IMG/VR virus record: IMGVR_UViG_3300034082_004432 | Coordinates: 62,001 to 121,334 of that record | DNA length: 59,334 nucleotides | DNA from: an uncultured virus (IMG/VR IMGVR_UViG_3300034082_004432) | Taxonomy: Duplodnaviria > Heunggongvirae > Uroviricota > Caudoviricetes | Direction: 5' to 3' (one strand) | Shown here: piece by piece, positions 24,050 to 32,908 of the stretch | Layout: the number at the start of each line of letters is the position of its first letter | Numbering within the stretch: the first letter of the stretch is position 1 | The notes under the pieces: model-generated | Told to the model about the DNA's origin: nothing | Seen by the model: the letters and a program-made list of their open reading frames with translations, nothing else | The model's database searches: none | Translations under genes and position numbers: made by a program

Positions 24050-25012
24050 ATGCAAGACAAAATTCAATTTATTCCTGAAGAAGACTTAAAAGTTGTATCG
24101 GTTCCGTTTGCAGCACTGTCTCAAACCCAAAACTGGGGTATGTCTCTAGCAAACATTCAAGATGTTTGGCAAGTTTCAAAGCAGGGTGAAGGTATAAAAG
24201 TAGCAATTCTAGATACAGGTTTCTCAGAACATCCTGACTTGGTTGAGGCTTGGAAATTAGAAGAAGCTGTAAACTGCTCTGCTGACGCAAGTGTTAATGA
24301 TCAAGGCAGTGGACATGGTGTTCACGTAGCTGGAATTATTGCTGGTTCTGATAATGATTTTGGCGTAGTTGGCGTGGCTCCCAAAGCAAAATGTTATGCT
24401 ATTAGAGTTCTTGATAATAGTGGCGGTGGAAGCTATGACACTATAGCAGCAGGCTTGAGAAAAGCAATTGACTTAAACGTAGACATTATTAATATGTCCT
24501 TGGGAGCTCCATCTGAGCCTCCATCATTTATTCATGATTTGATCAAAGAAGCGGTGTCAAAGGGTATTGTTGTAGTTGCAGCAGCTGGAAATGATTCTCA
24601 TGCAGTTAATTATCCAGCTAGATACGATGAAGTAATTGCTGTTGCTGCTTTAGATGAAAGTGGAAATCTTGCCACTTTCACATCAAAAGATTTTACAGTA
24701 GATATTGTTGCTCCTGGCACTAATATTTATTCCACTCACTTGAATGGAAACTATTGTAAAATGTCAGGCACAAGTCAAGCATCTCCATTTGTTGCTGGTA
24801 TTTGCGCATTGATAAAAGCAGGCTTAAAGAATCAAAATCTTCTTCCTGAATTTGGAAATCAATTCTGTCAAGAAGACATGATGGTTGCTTTAAGAAATAT
24901 TTCAAGTTTGCAAAATGTTCATGTTCAACCTGGAGACGAACAGAATTGGGGACCTGGAGTTCCTAAACTTGCAAATATTGATTGGTCAACTATTACTGTT
25001 AAAAAATCTTAA
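24050..25012 (+). CDS. Subtilisin-like S8 serine peptidase
   Basis: Catalytic motifs VAILDTG (Asp), HGVHVAG (His), AAGN (oxyanion Asn), GTSQASP (Ser). Start placed at ATG 24050 behind a GAGGTG RBS. No signal peptide. Confidence 0.93.
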   Translation: MQDKIQFIPEEDLKVVSVPFAALSQTQNWGMSLANIQDVWQVSKQGEGIKVAILDTGFSEHPDLVEAWKLEEAVNCSADASVNDQGSGHGVHVAGIIAGSDNDFGVVGVAPKAKCYAIRVLDNSGGGSYDTIAAGLRKAIDLNVDIINMSLGAPSEPPSFIHDLIKEAVSKGIVVVAAAGNDSHAVNYPARYDEVIAVAALDESGNLATFTSKDFTVDIVAPGTNIYSTHLNGNYCKMSGTSQASPFVAGICALIKAGLKNQNLLPEFGNQFCQEDMMVALRNISSLQNVHVQPGDEQNWGPGVPKLANIDWSTITVKKS

Positions 25013-25074
25013 CTACGAGCAAAAAGCTAAAAAAAAGAAATGTCTTCAGCTCCTTTTATTACAAGAGGTGAAGC

Positions 25075-25533
25075 ATGAAAAAGAGATTATTAGTTTCTTT
25101 GGTAATTGGTTGTATTCTATTGTTATTGGCTTACTGTCAGCCATACAAATTAGTAGTAGTTGTTGGTCGTTCAATGATGCCTACATATAAAAATAGACAA
25201 ATATTGTTGGCAAAAAGAACTAAAGATTTTAAAAAAAGCGATATCGTAGTAGCTTTGAGTGATGATAGAAGTTTGATTGTTAAAAGAATATTGTATACTC
25301 CAGAAGAATACTATTACTACATGATGAAAAAAAATGGAGTTTTTCAACTTATAGTTGATAACTCTTATCATTCAATCTTGGAATACAAAAGTTTAGATGA
25401 CGTTTATATGATGGAATTGAAAGTACCAAAAGATCATTATTATTTAGTTGGAGACAATCTTAATGAATCTGATGATAGTAGAAGATTTGGAACTATTGAT
25501 GAAAAAGACATTTTGTACAAAGTAATACAATGA
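25075..25533 (+). CDS. Signal peptidase I-like S26 peptidase
   Basis: N-terminal hydrophobic anchor, GRSMMPT (catalytic Ser), IVKRI (catalytic Lys), GDN..ESDDSRRFG; RBS GAGGTG. Confidence 0.9.
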   Translation: MKKRLLVSLVIGCILLLLAYCQPYKLVVVVGRSMMPTYKNRQILLAKRTKDFKKSDIVVALSDDRSLIVKRILYTPEEYYYYMMKKNGVFQLIVDNSYHSILEYKSLDDVYMMELKVPKDHYYLVGDNLNESDDSRRFGTIDEKDILYKVIQ

Positions 25534-26204
25534 ATTTTAAATTAGACGTAAATTATTTGGATGGTTTGATAAAGACTAGCCAGAGCACAGAAAAGATTGA
25601 AGATCCAGTTAAAAAAACAATACAACTGGGCCTTCAATCTTCTTGTTCTATCTACGTAAGATCTGGTAAAAAAAATTGGTCAGGCAGTGGTTTTTATATT
25701 GGTAATAACATTGTAATTACTGCTGGACATGTAGTTCCGAACGATGAAACATTAACTGAAATATTAGTTTCATTTGATAATAAAAATTTTATTCCAGCAA
25801 CTTTTTTGATATCTGATCCAAATATTGATTCAGGAGCAATCAGAATTGAAAGAGTACCTGACAACATTCCTGAATTAAGGCTTGTTAATAGCGATTCCGT
25901 TGAGGTAGGAGATATAGTTGCTGTTATCGGATCTCCAGAAGGCTTTCACGACACAGCTACAGTTGGTAGAGTTTCGAACGTACACCAAACTATCAATGAT
26001 CCTAATATGCCAGCTTGGAATGATATCATTTTTGTAGATGCAGACATTTTAGAAGGTTCTTCAGGCGGAATGGTCATTGGCACTGATAATTTAGTTATAG
26101 GTACAATAATGGGTGTAACAGGACAACATGCTGATATTGGAGTTGGTGAAAATGCAGTATGCCCTTCCAATAAAATTACTAATATGCTATCCAAATTAGT
26201 ATAA
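25530..26204 (+). CDS. Trypsin-like (S1, HtrA-type, no PDZ) serine peptidase
   Basis: GSGF..ITAGHVV (His), DSGAIRI (Asp), EGSSGG (Ser); [19 protein letters not shown] is HtrA-like. Confidence 0.9.
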   Translation: MNFKLDVNYLDGLIKTSQSTEKIEDPVKKTIQLGLQSSCSIYVRSGKKNWSGSGFYIGNNIVITAGHVVPNDETLTEILVSFDNKNFIPATFLISDPNIDSGAIRIERVPDNIPELRLVNSDSVEVGDIVAVIGSPEGFHDTATVGRVSNVHQTINDPNMPAWNDIIFVDADILEGSSGGMVIGTDNLVIGTIMGVTGQHADIGVGENAVCPSNKITNMLSKLV

Positions 26205-26211
26205 TGATTTT

Positions 26212-27195
26212 ATGCCAAACCCATACGATGTACTAGGTTTACCTCAGAATTCCTCATTAGATGATGTTAAAAAAGCTTATCGTAAGTTAGCAAAACAATA
26301 TCATCCTGATGTCAATAAAGAAGCAAACGCTGAAGAAAAATTCAAAGAAATATCTCAAGCTTATGAAGATATATTAAATCCCCCACCTCAACAGCCGCAT
26401 TTTGAACCTCCATTTAATCCTTTCAGAAATACGCCGCAAAATGCATTTAGACGTAATTTAAACACACCAATTACAGCAACAATTGAACTTGAATTAGAAG
26501 AAATCTATAGAAATGTAGTTAAAAACCTGAATTATGAAAGATTAGCTCCATGTGGTGCTTGTTCTGGGGCAGGTGGTAGAGGAAATGTAAACGTTTGTAT
26601 GACCTGTATGGGATCAGGTGAACATTACATTATTCAAAATTTAGGGTTCATGCATGTAAGAAATTATGCTGGGCCTTGTCAGGATTGTTATGGGCGTGGT
26701 GAAAAGTTTGAGTCTTTCTGTAATTACTGCAATGGTTCTGGTCATGTAAAGATTTATGAAAACTTTGATCTAACTATCAATAAAGGCCATGTATATCGTT
26801 CTACAATGATTAATGGCAGAGGCAATCATGGTGATATTCATCAAGCACCAGGTCCTCTTATCGTAGAAGTAATTACCAAACCGAGAGATAAATATGAGAT
26901 TGATGCCAACTTGAATTTAATTCATGAATTTGAAATTGATCCAGTTATGGCATTGATTGATCCAGAGTTCAAGTATACACATGTTAACGGAAACAAATTA
27001 AATTTTAAGTTCAATACTAGTCTTAAAAATGGTTATGTACATATTGTCAAAAATAAGGGAATTCCAACTTCAAACGATACATATTCTGACTTACATCTCA
27101 AAATAATGTATAAGGTTCCTAAAGATATTTCTGAAGAGGAAACCTTATTTTTGAAATCATATGTTGATTCTAGAAAAAGGAGGCAAATGTTATGA
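26212..27195 (+). CDS. dnaJ: DnaJ (Hsp40) with J domain, four CxxCxGxG zinc motifs and C-terminal domain
   Basis: [51 protein letters not shown]; Pro-rich linker in place of the G/F region. Confidence 0.92.
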   Translation: MPNPYDVLGLPQNSSLDDVKKAYRKLAKQYHPDVNKEANAEEKFKEISQAYEDILNPPPQQPHFEPPFNPFRNTPQNAFRRNLNTPITATIELELEEIYRNVVKNLNYERLAPCGACSGAGGRGNVNVCMTCMGSGEHYIIQNLGFMHVRNYAGPCQDCYGRGEKFESFCNYCNGSGHVKIYENFDLTINKGHVYRSTMINGRGNHGDIHQAPGPLIVEVITKPRDKYEIDANLNLIHEFEIDPVMALIDPEFKYTHVNGNKLNFKFNTSLKNGYVHIVKNKGIPTSNDTYSDLHLKIMYKVPKDISEEETLFLKSYVDSRKRRQML

Positions 27196-27410
27196 GTATG
27201 GTAAAAAGAGCAACAGGTAAGATTGAAAATTTTACAAGCGCTGAAGGCGAAGAAGTAAATGCAACTAATCTTGTTTGGGCTGATGAAAAGAAAGATGAAA
27301 CTGTCACTGCACAAATTAAAGATGAACTAGTGATTCCTGCTACTACAAATATGGATCTTGATCCTAATGCATCTGATGATGATGACAGCGTAATCGCAAA
27401 GGACTGCTAA
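27192..27410 (+). CDS. Small acidic hypothetical protein
   Basis: 72 aa, ATGA overlap with dnaJ, upstream AGGAGG RBS. Confidence 0.75.
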   Translation: MSMVKRATGKIENFTSAEGEEVNATNLVWADEKKDETVTAQIKDELVIPATTNMDLDPNASDDDDSVIAKDC

Positions 27411-27412
27411 CT

Positions 27413-27847
27413 ATGGAATCTCTTACTAATTTATTGAAATCAACCCAGAATGAAATTATTATTTATGTAGTTTGTTTTATTTTGGGCAGTGTAGTTTTCT
27501 TTTTCTTGGCAAAATCTAAATCTGAAAGTTCAGCTGCATTACAAACTCTTGAAGTTGTAAAGCTTGTATTGCGCAGTAAATTGGGCGAAAAAGCAGACGG
27601 AATTTTAGATATTTGGATTGAAGGCTTAAAGAAAATTCAAGATGGCGAATTCTCACAGGATGATGCTGTTGATCAATTTGTAAGATACATTCGTTTAGGA
27701 TGTGCTCAAAAAGGCATTGAATTATCTGAAGAAGATGTTGACAAGATACATATGCTTGTTCTTTCTACATTGGAAACATTTGTAGGTAAGAAACCAAAGC
27801 AAATTCAAATTGCAGTTAACAAATTCAACGCAATGAATCATCGTTAG
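27413..27847 (+). CDS. Membrane-anchored hypothetical protein (single N-terminal TM; holin-like layout)
   Basis: Hydrophobic IIIYVVCFILGSVVFFFLA followed by a charged helical region. Confidence 0.6.
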   Translation: MESLTNLLKSTQNEIIIYVVCFILGSVVFFFLAKSKSESSAALQTLEVVKLVLRSKLGEKADGILDIWIEGLKKIQDGEFSQDDAVDQFVRYIRLGCAQKGIELSEEDVDKIHMLVLSTLETFVGKKPKQIQIAVNKFNAMNHR

Positions 27848-27864
27848 GACTGCTTTCTTTCACA

Positions 27865-27902
27865 AAACAACCATTTTGTTGACATCAACAAAATGGTTGT
27901 TT
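27865..27902. repeat. Perfect 18-bp inverted repeat (terminator, operator or cruciform)
   Basis: AAACAACCATTTTGTTGA-CA-TCAACAAAATGGTTGTTT, directly upstream of the helicase -10 box. Confidence 0.85.
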
Positions 27903-27924
27903 CTTTAATGGTATACTGGTTATT

Positions 27925-29691
27925 ATGGTAGAAGTTGAAGTTTACAATGATAAAAGTGTCATCATAAACCACGACGATCCTATGGGAAAATTACCCTTCC
28001 CTTATCAAGAAGCTTTAAGGAATGAACTTTCCTATAAAGTACCTGATTCTGAATGGTCTGCAAAGTATAAAACTGGTCAATGGGATGGAAGAATTTCTCT
28101 TTATGTGAAGCGAAATCAATCTTTTCCTACTGGTCTTACTATGCGTGTGGCTCGTCTTTTTGATGAATTGAATGTAACATATAAATTTTCTGATAAAAGA
28201 GAAAAGCCCATTAGAGATTACAATATAACTTGTGATTTTATGGGAAAAGATCTTCGTGATTATCAAATGATTTCAGGAGACTTATCTCTTAAAAATCAAC
28301 GTGGAATGCTTGCTCTTGCTACTGGAGCTGGAAAGACTATGACTTCTTGTTATATCTTTCATAAACTCAAAGTAAAGCCTGTTGTATTCATTGTTCCAGC
28401 TATTGAACTTCTCAAACAAACGCAAAAAGAATTTGAGAAATATCTTAAAATTGATGGTCAACCTGTTAAAGTTGGTATTGCTGGAGGTGGACTCTGTGAT
28501 ATCAATATGGAAGGCATAAATGTAATTACTTATCAGACAGCTCTTATTGCATTTGATAAGAAATATATGGAAAGCAATAATAAGATAGTTGAAGACTCTG
28601 GAGAAGGATCTAAACCTACTGGACTTCTTCAAAAAGAATTAGACGAGTCAACTATTAAGTACAAAAAAGCTCGACAATTAGCTTCTGGTAAACTTTCAGA
28701 CTTATATGAAGAAGTTGAAAAAGCAGAAGAAAATGGCACAAAAGATGCTGAAAAATTGCGCAAGAAATATGAGCGTGAAATTAGTTTACTGATAAAAACA
28801 GAATTAGCTGCTTATAAGAAAGCACAAACAGCTTGGGATAATAGGCAAGATACATTATTTCAGAAAGCACAAGTTAGAAATGTAATTCAGTGCTGCAATG
28901 CTTTGATAATTGATGAAGCACACTTGGCTGCTGTTGTCACTGAAGAAATTGGAAATCAAGCAAAGCAAGCATATTACAGATTGGGACTTTCAGCTACTCC
29001 TTTTCGTACTGACAATCAAGAAATTAGAATTGAAGGCACACTAGGTGGAAAAGTTTGTGAAGTAAGTGCTAGTGATCTTGTAGAACGTGGCTTTCTTGTT
29101 CCACCCAAGATTTTTGTAGTAAATATTAGTACTGTTGAACCTGGACAGACTTATCACGAAGTTTACAATCTAAATATAGTAAATTGCTGGGAAAGAAATT
29201 TCAGAATTAAACAATTCGCTGAAGGATTGAAAGCAAAGGGTGTTCCAACTCTTATTCTTGTTGAAAGAATGGAACATGGCAATATTCTTGAAGGAATGAT
29301 TGAAGATGCTGTTTTTGTTCCTGGAGGCGATAAGGGTGAAATTGATCCTAGTGATGAGGAAAAGAATTATCGTCGAAGAATGCTTAATTCAGTTGAAAAC
29401 AACGAGATAATTTTGATTGCAACACAGTGGGCAAATGTAGGTGTTGATGCTCCTAAGATTTCTGGATTAATTCTTGCGGGTACTAGTTCATCTCCAGTAA
29501 CTACATATCAGCAAGTTGGAAGAGTGCTTCGTTGTGTTGGAAAGAATGTTGAGGACTCTATTAAAAACGGAAAACCTGAAGCTATAATTATAGATTTTGC
29601 TTCAAGCCATAAGAATTTGAGATCTCACGTAAATATGAGGAAGAAAGTATATAAGAATGAACGAGCCTGGAAGATGTTTGAATTGAAATAA
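27925..29691 (+). CDS. SF2 DExH helicase (UvsW/RadD/XPB-like) with a helical insertion
   Basis: LRDYQ, LATGAGKT (Walker A), IIDEAH, GLSATP, QQVGRVLR. Confidence 0.9.
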   Translation: MVEVEVYNDKSVIINHDDPMGKLPFPYQEALRNELSYKVPDSEWSAKYKTGQWDGRISLYVKRNQSFPTGLTMRVARLFDELNVTYKFSDKREKPIRDYNITCDFMGKDLRDYQMISGDLSLKNQRGMLALATGAGKTMTSCYIFHKLKVKPVVFIVPAIELLKQTQKEFEKYLKIDGQPVKVGIAGGGLCDINMEGINVITYQTALIAFDKKYMESNNKIVEDSGEGSKPTGLLQKELDESTIKYKKARQLASGKLSDLYEEVEKAEENGTKDAEKLRKKYEREISLLIKTELAAYKKAQTAWDNRQDTLFQKAQVRNVIQCCNALIIDEAHLAAVVTEEIGNQAKQAYYRLGLSATPFRTDNQEIRIEGTLGGKVCEVSASDLVERGFLVPPKIFVVNISTVEPGQTYHEVYNLNIVNCWERNFRIKQFAEGLKAKGVPTLILVERMEHGNILEGMIEDAVFVPGGDKGEIDPSDEEKNYRRRMLNSVENNEIILIATQWANVGVDAPKISGLILAGTSSSPVTTYQQVGRVLRCVGKNVEDSIKNGKPEAIIIDFASSHKNLRSHVNMRKKVYKNERAWKMFELK

Positions 29692-29711
29692 TCTACGACG
29701 CTGTAGATTAT
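29688..29711. terminator. Hairpin between the convergent helicase gene and the small ORF
   Basis: ATAATCTAC-gacgct-GTAGATTAT; AT-rich stem with no long U-tract. Confidence 0.45.
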
Positions 29712-29719
29712 AAGTTGCC

Positions 29720-29791
29720 TTACAATTCTACGTTGAATAATGCTGAAATAACTTGATTCATCATTTCTTCGAGCTGTTCAAAAATTCTCAT
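29720..29791 (-). CDS. Unannotated 23-aa peptide MRIFEQLEEMMNQVISALFNVEL
   Basis: RBS TAAGGAGG (29801-29808) 9 nt upstream of the ATG; upstream TATACT -10 (29856-29861); below the ORF-track size cut-off. Confidence 0.6.
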   Translation of the reverse strand: MRIFEQLEEMMNQVISALFNVEL

Positions 29792-29962
29792 AATCATTTG
29801 CCTCCTTACACAAAAATATCCACTGGCCTAGATTTATCCGCCAGTGGACAATAGTAGTATACAACATTGAATGGTTTACGTCCTATTAAGATTTCTTAAT
29901 AAAAGTTAGGCTGCGCTTTGCAAGGAATAATAAATTGCTTATTTGCGCATTGGAGGTGTGCT

Positions 29963-30316
29963 ATGTTTCATCAAACCATCGTCGGCAAACCCAAATGTTG
30001 TCTAAATCGTAATTGCAAAACTCAATTCACAAAAGCTTCCCATCTTGGTTGGCTTCCCAAATCTGAAGTTGAAGTTTATGCAATTATGAGATGCCCAAAA
30101 TGTAAAGACACATTTGCAGTAGTACAACTTATGTCTATGGCACACGATTATAGATCTAATCTGCCAAGAGACGAAAGTAAAGTAACTCCTAGTGGGCCAA
30201 TAACAAAAAAAGAAACATTGGACTTTAAGAAAAAATTGGAGAATAAGGATTCTTTAAAAGAATTAATGGAAGGATATGTGCCTGGAGGGACAATATTACC
30301 TGACGAAACAGAATAA
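29963..30316 (+). CDS. Zinc-ribbon hypothetical protein
   Basis: Start moved to ATG 29963 behind GGAGGT; Cys clusters CCLNRNC and CPKC. Confidence 0.7.
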   Translation: MFHQTIVGKPKCCLNRNCKTQFTKASHLGWLPKSEVEVYAIMRCPKCKDTFAVVQLMSMAHDYRSNLPRDESKVTPSGPITKKETLDFKKKLENKDSLKELMEGYVPGGTILPDETE

Positions 30317-30331
30317 TGTACAATTATTCTT

Positions 30332-32023
30332 ATGAGTTATGCAATTGGAATTGATTTAGGAAGTACTTTTAGTGTAGTTTCTTATGTTAATGAGAATGAT
30401 CAAGCAGAAGTAATTCCAAATGATTTAGGCGAAAGAATCACTCCTAGTGTTGTTAGCTTTGGAGATGAAGTTTATGTAGGGCAATATGCTGTCGATATGG
30501 AGCAGCATTTGCCCTATTCTCATACTATACGTGTCGTTAAGAGACATATGGGGACTAACAAGAGATTTGATATTAATAACAAATCTTATAGCCCAGAAGA
30601 AGTATCATCTTATATTTTAAAATATCTCAAAAATTGTGCAGAGAGACACTTAGGCACAGAAGTAATTGAAGCTGTTATTACTGTCCCTGCATATTTCAAT
30701 AATGATCAAAGGCAATCTACAAAAACAGCTGGAGAATTGGCTGGCCTCAAGGTATTACGCATCATCAATGAACCTACTGCAGCATCTTTGGCATATGGTC
30801 TTGATAAAAAGAATGATGCAACAATTTTAGTTTATGACTTGGGTGGTGGAACTTTTGATGTTACTTTACTCAAGCTTATGGATGGAGTTGACTTTCACGT
30901 TCAATCAACATCTGGAAATACTTCTCTTGGTGGTGTAGATTTTGACGCTGCTATTGGAAAAATTATTAGCCAAAAAACTTCTCATACATTAGATCCTGTT
31001 GATTTAAGAAACATATCAGAAAAGGCAAAAAAGATGCTTTCTCATATGACTGTTGCTAATGTCATGATTGAAAAAGCACCAATTAAAATTACTCGTGAAG
31101 AATTTGAAGAGTCTATCAAGGCGTATATTGACAAAACTATGGTGTGTGTCAATGATGCTTTAAGGGATGCAAATACAAAAACAGACAAGGTAGATGAAGT
31201 TGTATTTGTAGGCGGTAGTACTAGAATTCCAATGATTGAAAGAGTCATTGAAGAAAAGTTCGGAAAAAAGCCAAATAAGTCAATTAATCCTGATGAAGCC
31301 GTATCGATAGGGGCAGCAATTCAAGCATCAGTTTTGACTGGAAAATCAAGCAGAGAAGTGTTTCTTTTAGATGTTTGCCCTCTTTCATTAGGTGTAGAAA
31401 CTCAAGGTGGCATTATGAGTATATTAATTCCAAGAAATACTCAAGTGCCAGCAGTTGTTAAGGAAATCTTTACAACTGCTTATGACGATCAATCTTCTGT
31501 TGATGTAAAGATATATCAAGGAGAAAGACCAAAGACTGTTGATAATTTATGTCTTGGTGAATTTAAGTTAGATGGTATTGAAGAGAAACCTAGAGGATTA
31601 CCTAAAATTGAAGTGGCATTTGAAATTGATGCAAATGGTATACTTTCAGTTAAGGCTCAGGATCTAGATACTGGAGTCAACAAAGATATTGAGATTACTG
31701 GCCAAGCATCGTTATCAAGTGAAGAAATATCAAAAATTATTGACGACGCACAAAAACACAAAGAAGAAGATGAATACTTTAGAAAGATTACAAATATACA
31801 CGATCTTCTTTATGATTGTGAAATTCAAATTGAAGAATTACTTCGAACAAATGTTTTAAATAATGAAGATATAATTGATTTGAAAGATCTTAAAAAGTCT
31901 ATCGAGGATGATGGTAAAAGTCAAAATAAAGAACTTTTATCAAGTCTATTAGAATCTGCTAGAGAAACTTTAAAAGAAAAATCTTTACTGGTACACCAGA
32001 TAGCAAAAGAGAAAATGGAATGA
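30332..32023 (+). CDS. dnaK: Hsp70/DnaK-family chaperone (compact, 563 aa)
   Basis: GIDLGST, TVPAYFN, RIINEPTAA, YDLGGGTFD, VGGSTRIP, LLDVCPLSLGVET, IDANGIL. Confidence 0.93.
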   Translation: MSYAIGIDLGSTFSVVSYVNENDQAEVIPNDLGERITPSVVSFGDEVYVGQYAVDMEQHLPYSHTIRVVKRHMGTNKRFDINNKSYSPEEVSSYILKYLKNCAERHLGTEVIEAVITVPAYFNNDQRQSTKTAGELAGLKVLRIINEPTAASLAYGLDKKNDATILVYDLGGGTFDVTLLKLMDGVDFHVQSTSGNTSLGGVDFDAAIGKIISQKTSHTLDPVDLRNISEKAKKMLSHMTVANVMIEKAPIKITREEFEESIKAYIDKTMVCVNDALRDANTKTDKVDEVVFVGGSTRIPMIERVIEEKFGKKPNKSINPDEAVSIGAAIQASVLTGKSSREVFLLDVCPLSLGVETQGGIMSILIPRNTQVPAVVKEIFTTAYDDQSSVDVKIYQGERPKTVDNLCLGEFKLDGIEEKPRGLPKIEVAFEIDANGILSVKAQDLDTGVNKDIEITGQASLSSEEISKIIDDAQKHKEEDEYFRKITNIHDLLYDCEIQIEELLRTNVLNNEDIIDLKDLKKSIEDDGKSQNKELLSSLLESARETLKEKSLLVHQIAKEKME

Positions 32024-32415
32024 AAAAGGCAGGAGTTTGGGCTTCTATAATTTGTGCAATACACTGCACTTTATTGCCATTACTATTTATTTTAGTTCCT
32101 ACAACTGGCGTTTATTTATTTATTAATGAAACTTTCGAATATATTTTATTGGCAGTTTCATTAATATTTAATATCTCAAATGTTTGTTTTGGATACAGAC
32201 AACATAAATCAAATAAAGCAGTTGCATTATTGGCTTTGGGATTATTTTTATTTGTAACAGGAAGACTGTTGCACAAACATAATGATCATCATGATTTTGA
32301 AATTGATTTATTTAATATTTTTATGATTGGTGGTGGTCTTATAATGGCTATCTCATCAATAGTTAACGACAAACTTTGCAATCAATGTAAAAAATGTGGA
32401 ATTGATAAAAAATGA
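32020..32415 (+). CDS. MerC-domain 4-TM membrane protein
   Basis: N-terminal GVWASIICAIHCTLLPLL (S..CxxHC..LP), GYRQHK between helices, His-rich loop. Confidence 0.75.
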   Translation: MKKAGVWASIICAIHCTLLPLLFILVPTTGVYLFINETFEYILLAVSLIFNISNVCFGYRQHKSNKAVALLALGLFLFVTGRLLHKHNDHHDFEIDLFNIFMIGGGLIMAISSIVNDKLCNQCKKCGIDKK

Positions 32416-32903
32416 AAGACAAAAAAATAGATAGGCATTCGCTTGATAACAGTGACCGTTACGAGCTTATACCTATCTTAGTTGAAAGTGTTGTTGTAAA
32501 CCCCGAAGAAAAATCTTTTATTGTATTGAGTGATGGAGATAAAAAATCTGCCATAGAAATTAATTCTTTTGAATCGGGTATGTTGACTTTTGTAGCCAAA
32601 GATTACCACAAGAATTCTCACATACAAACTATACATCAGGCTTTTGTAAAATTGCTTGAAGTATATAAATCAGAAGTCGTAAGTGTTGAAATAGAAAATA
32701 AAGTTGGAGATGTAATTTATACATCTGTCAAGTTTTTAGATAAAAATTTGAATAATTTTTATTTTGTAATGTCTTTATGTGATGGAATAATTTTGTCCAT
32801 ATTATCCCAGACCAATTTAAAAATTGTTTCTGATGTCTGGGATAATATGGATCCTCTAGATGAGGATTGGGATTATGAAAACTTTATGTTTGATGATGAC
32901 TAA
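32412..32903 (+). CDS. DUF151 / bifunctional nuclease-like protein (divergent)
   Basis: FIVL..IEINSFES, TIHQAFVKLL (cf. THDL), SLCDGIILS (cf. RPSDAIALA). Confidence 0.55.
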   Translation: MKDKKIDRHSLDNSDRYELIPILVESVVVNPEEKSFIVLSDGDKKSAIEINSFESGMLTFVAKDYHKNSHIQTIHQAFVKLLEVYKSEVVSVEIENKVGDVIYTSVKFLDKNLNNFYFVMSLCDGIILSILSQTNLKIVSDVWDNMDPLDEDWDYENFMFDDD

Positions 32904-32908
32904 TCTAA

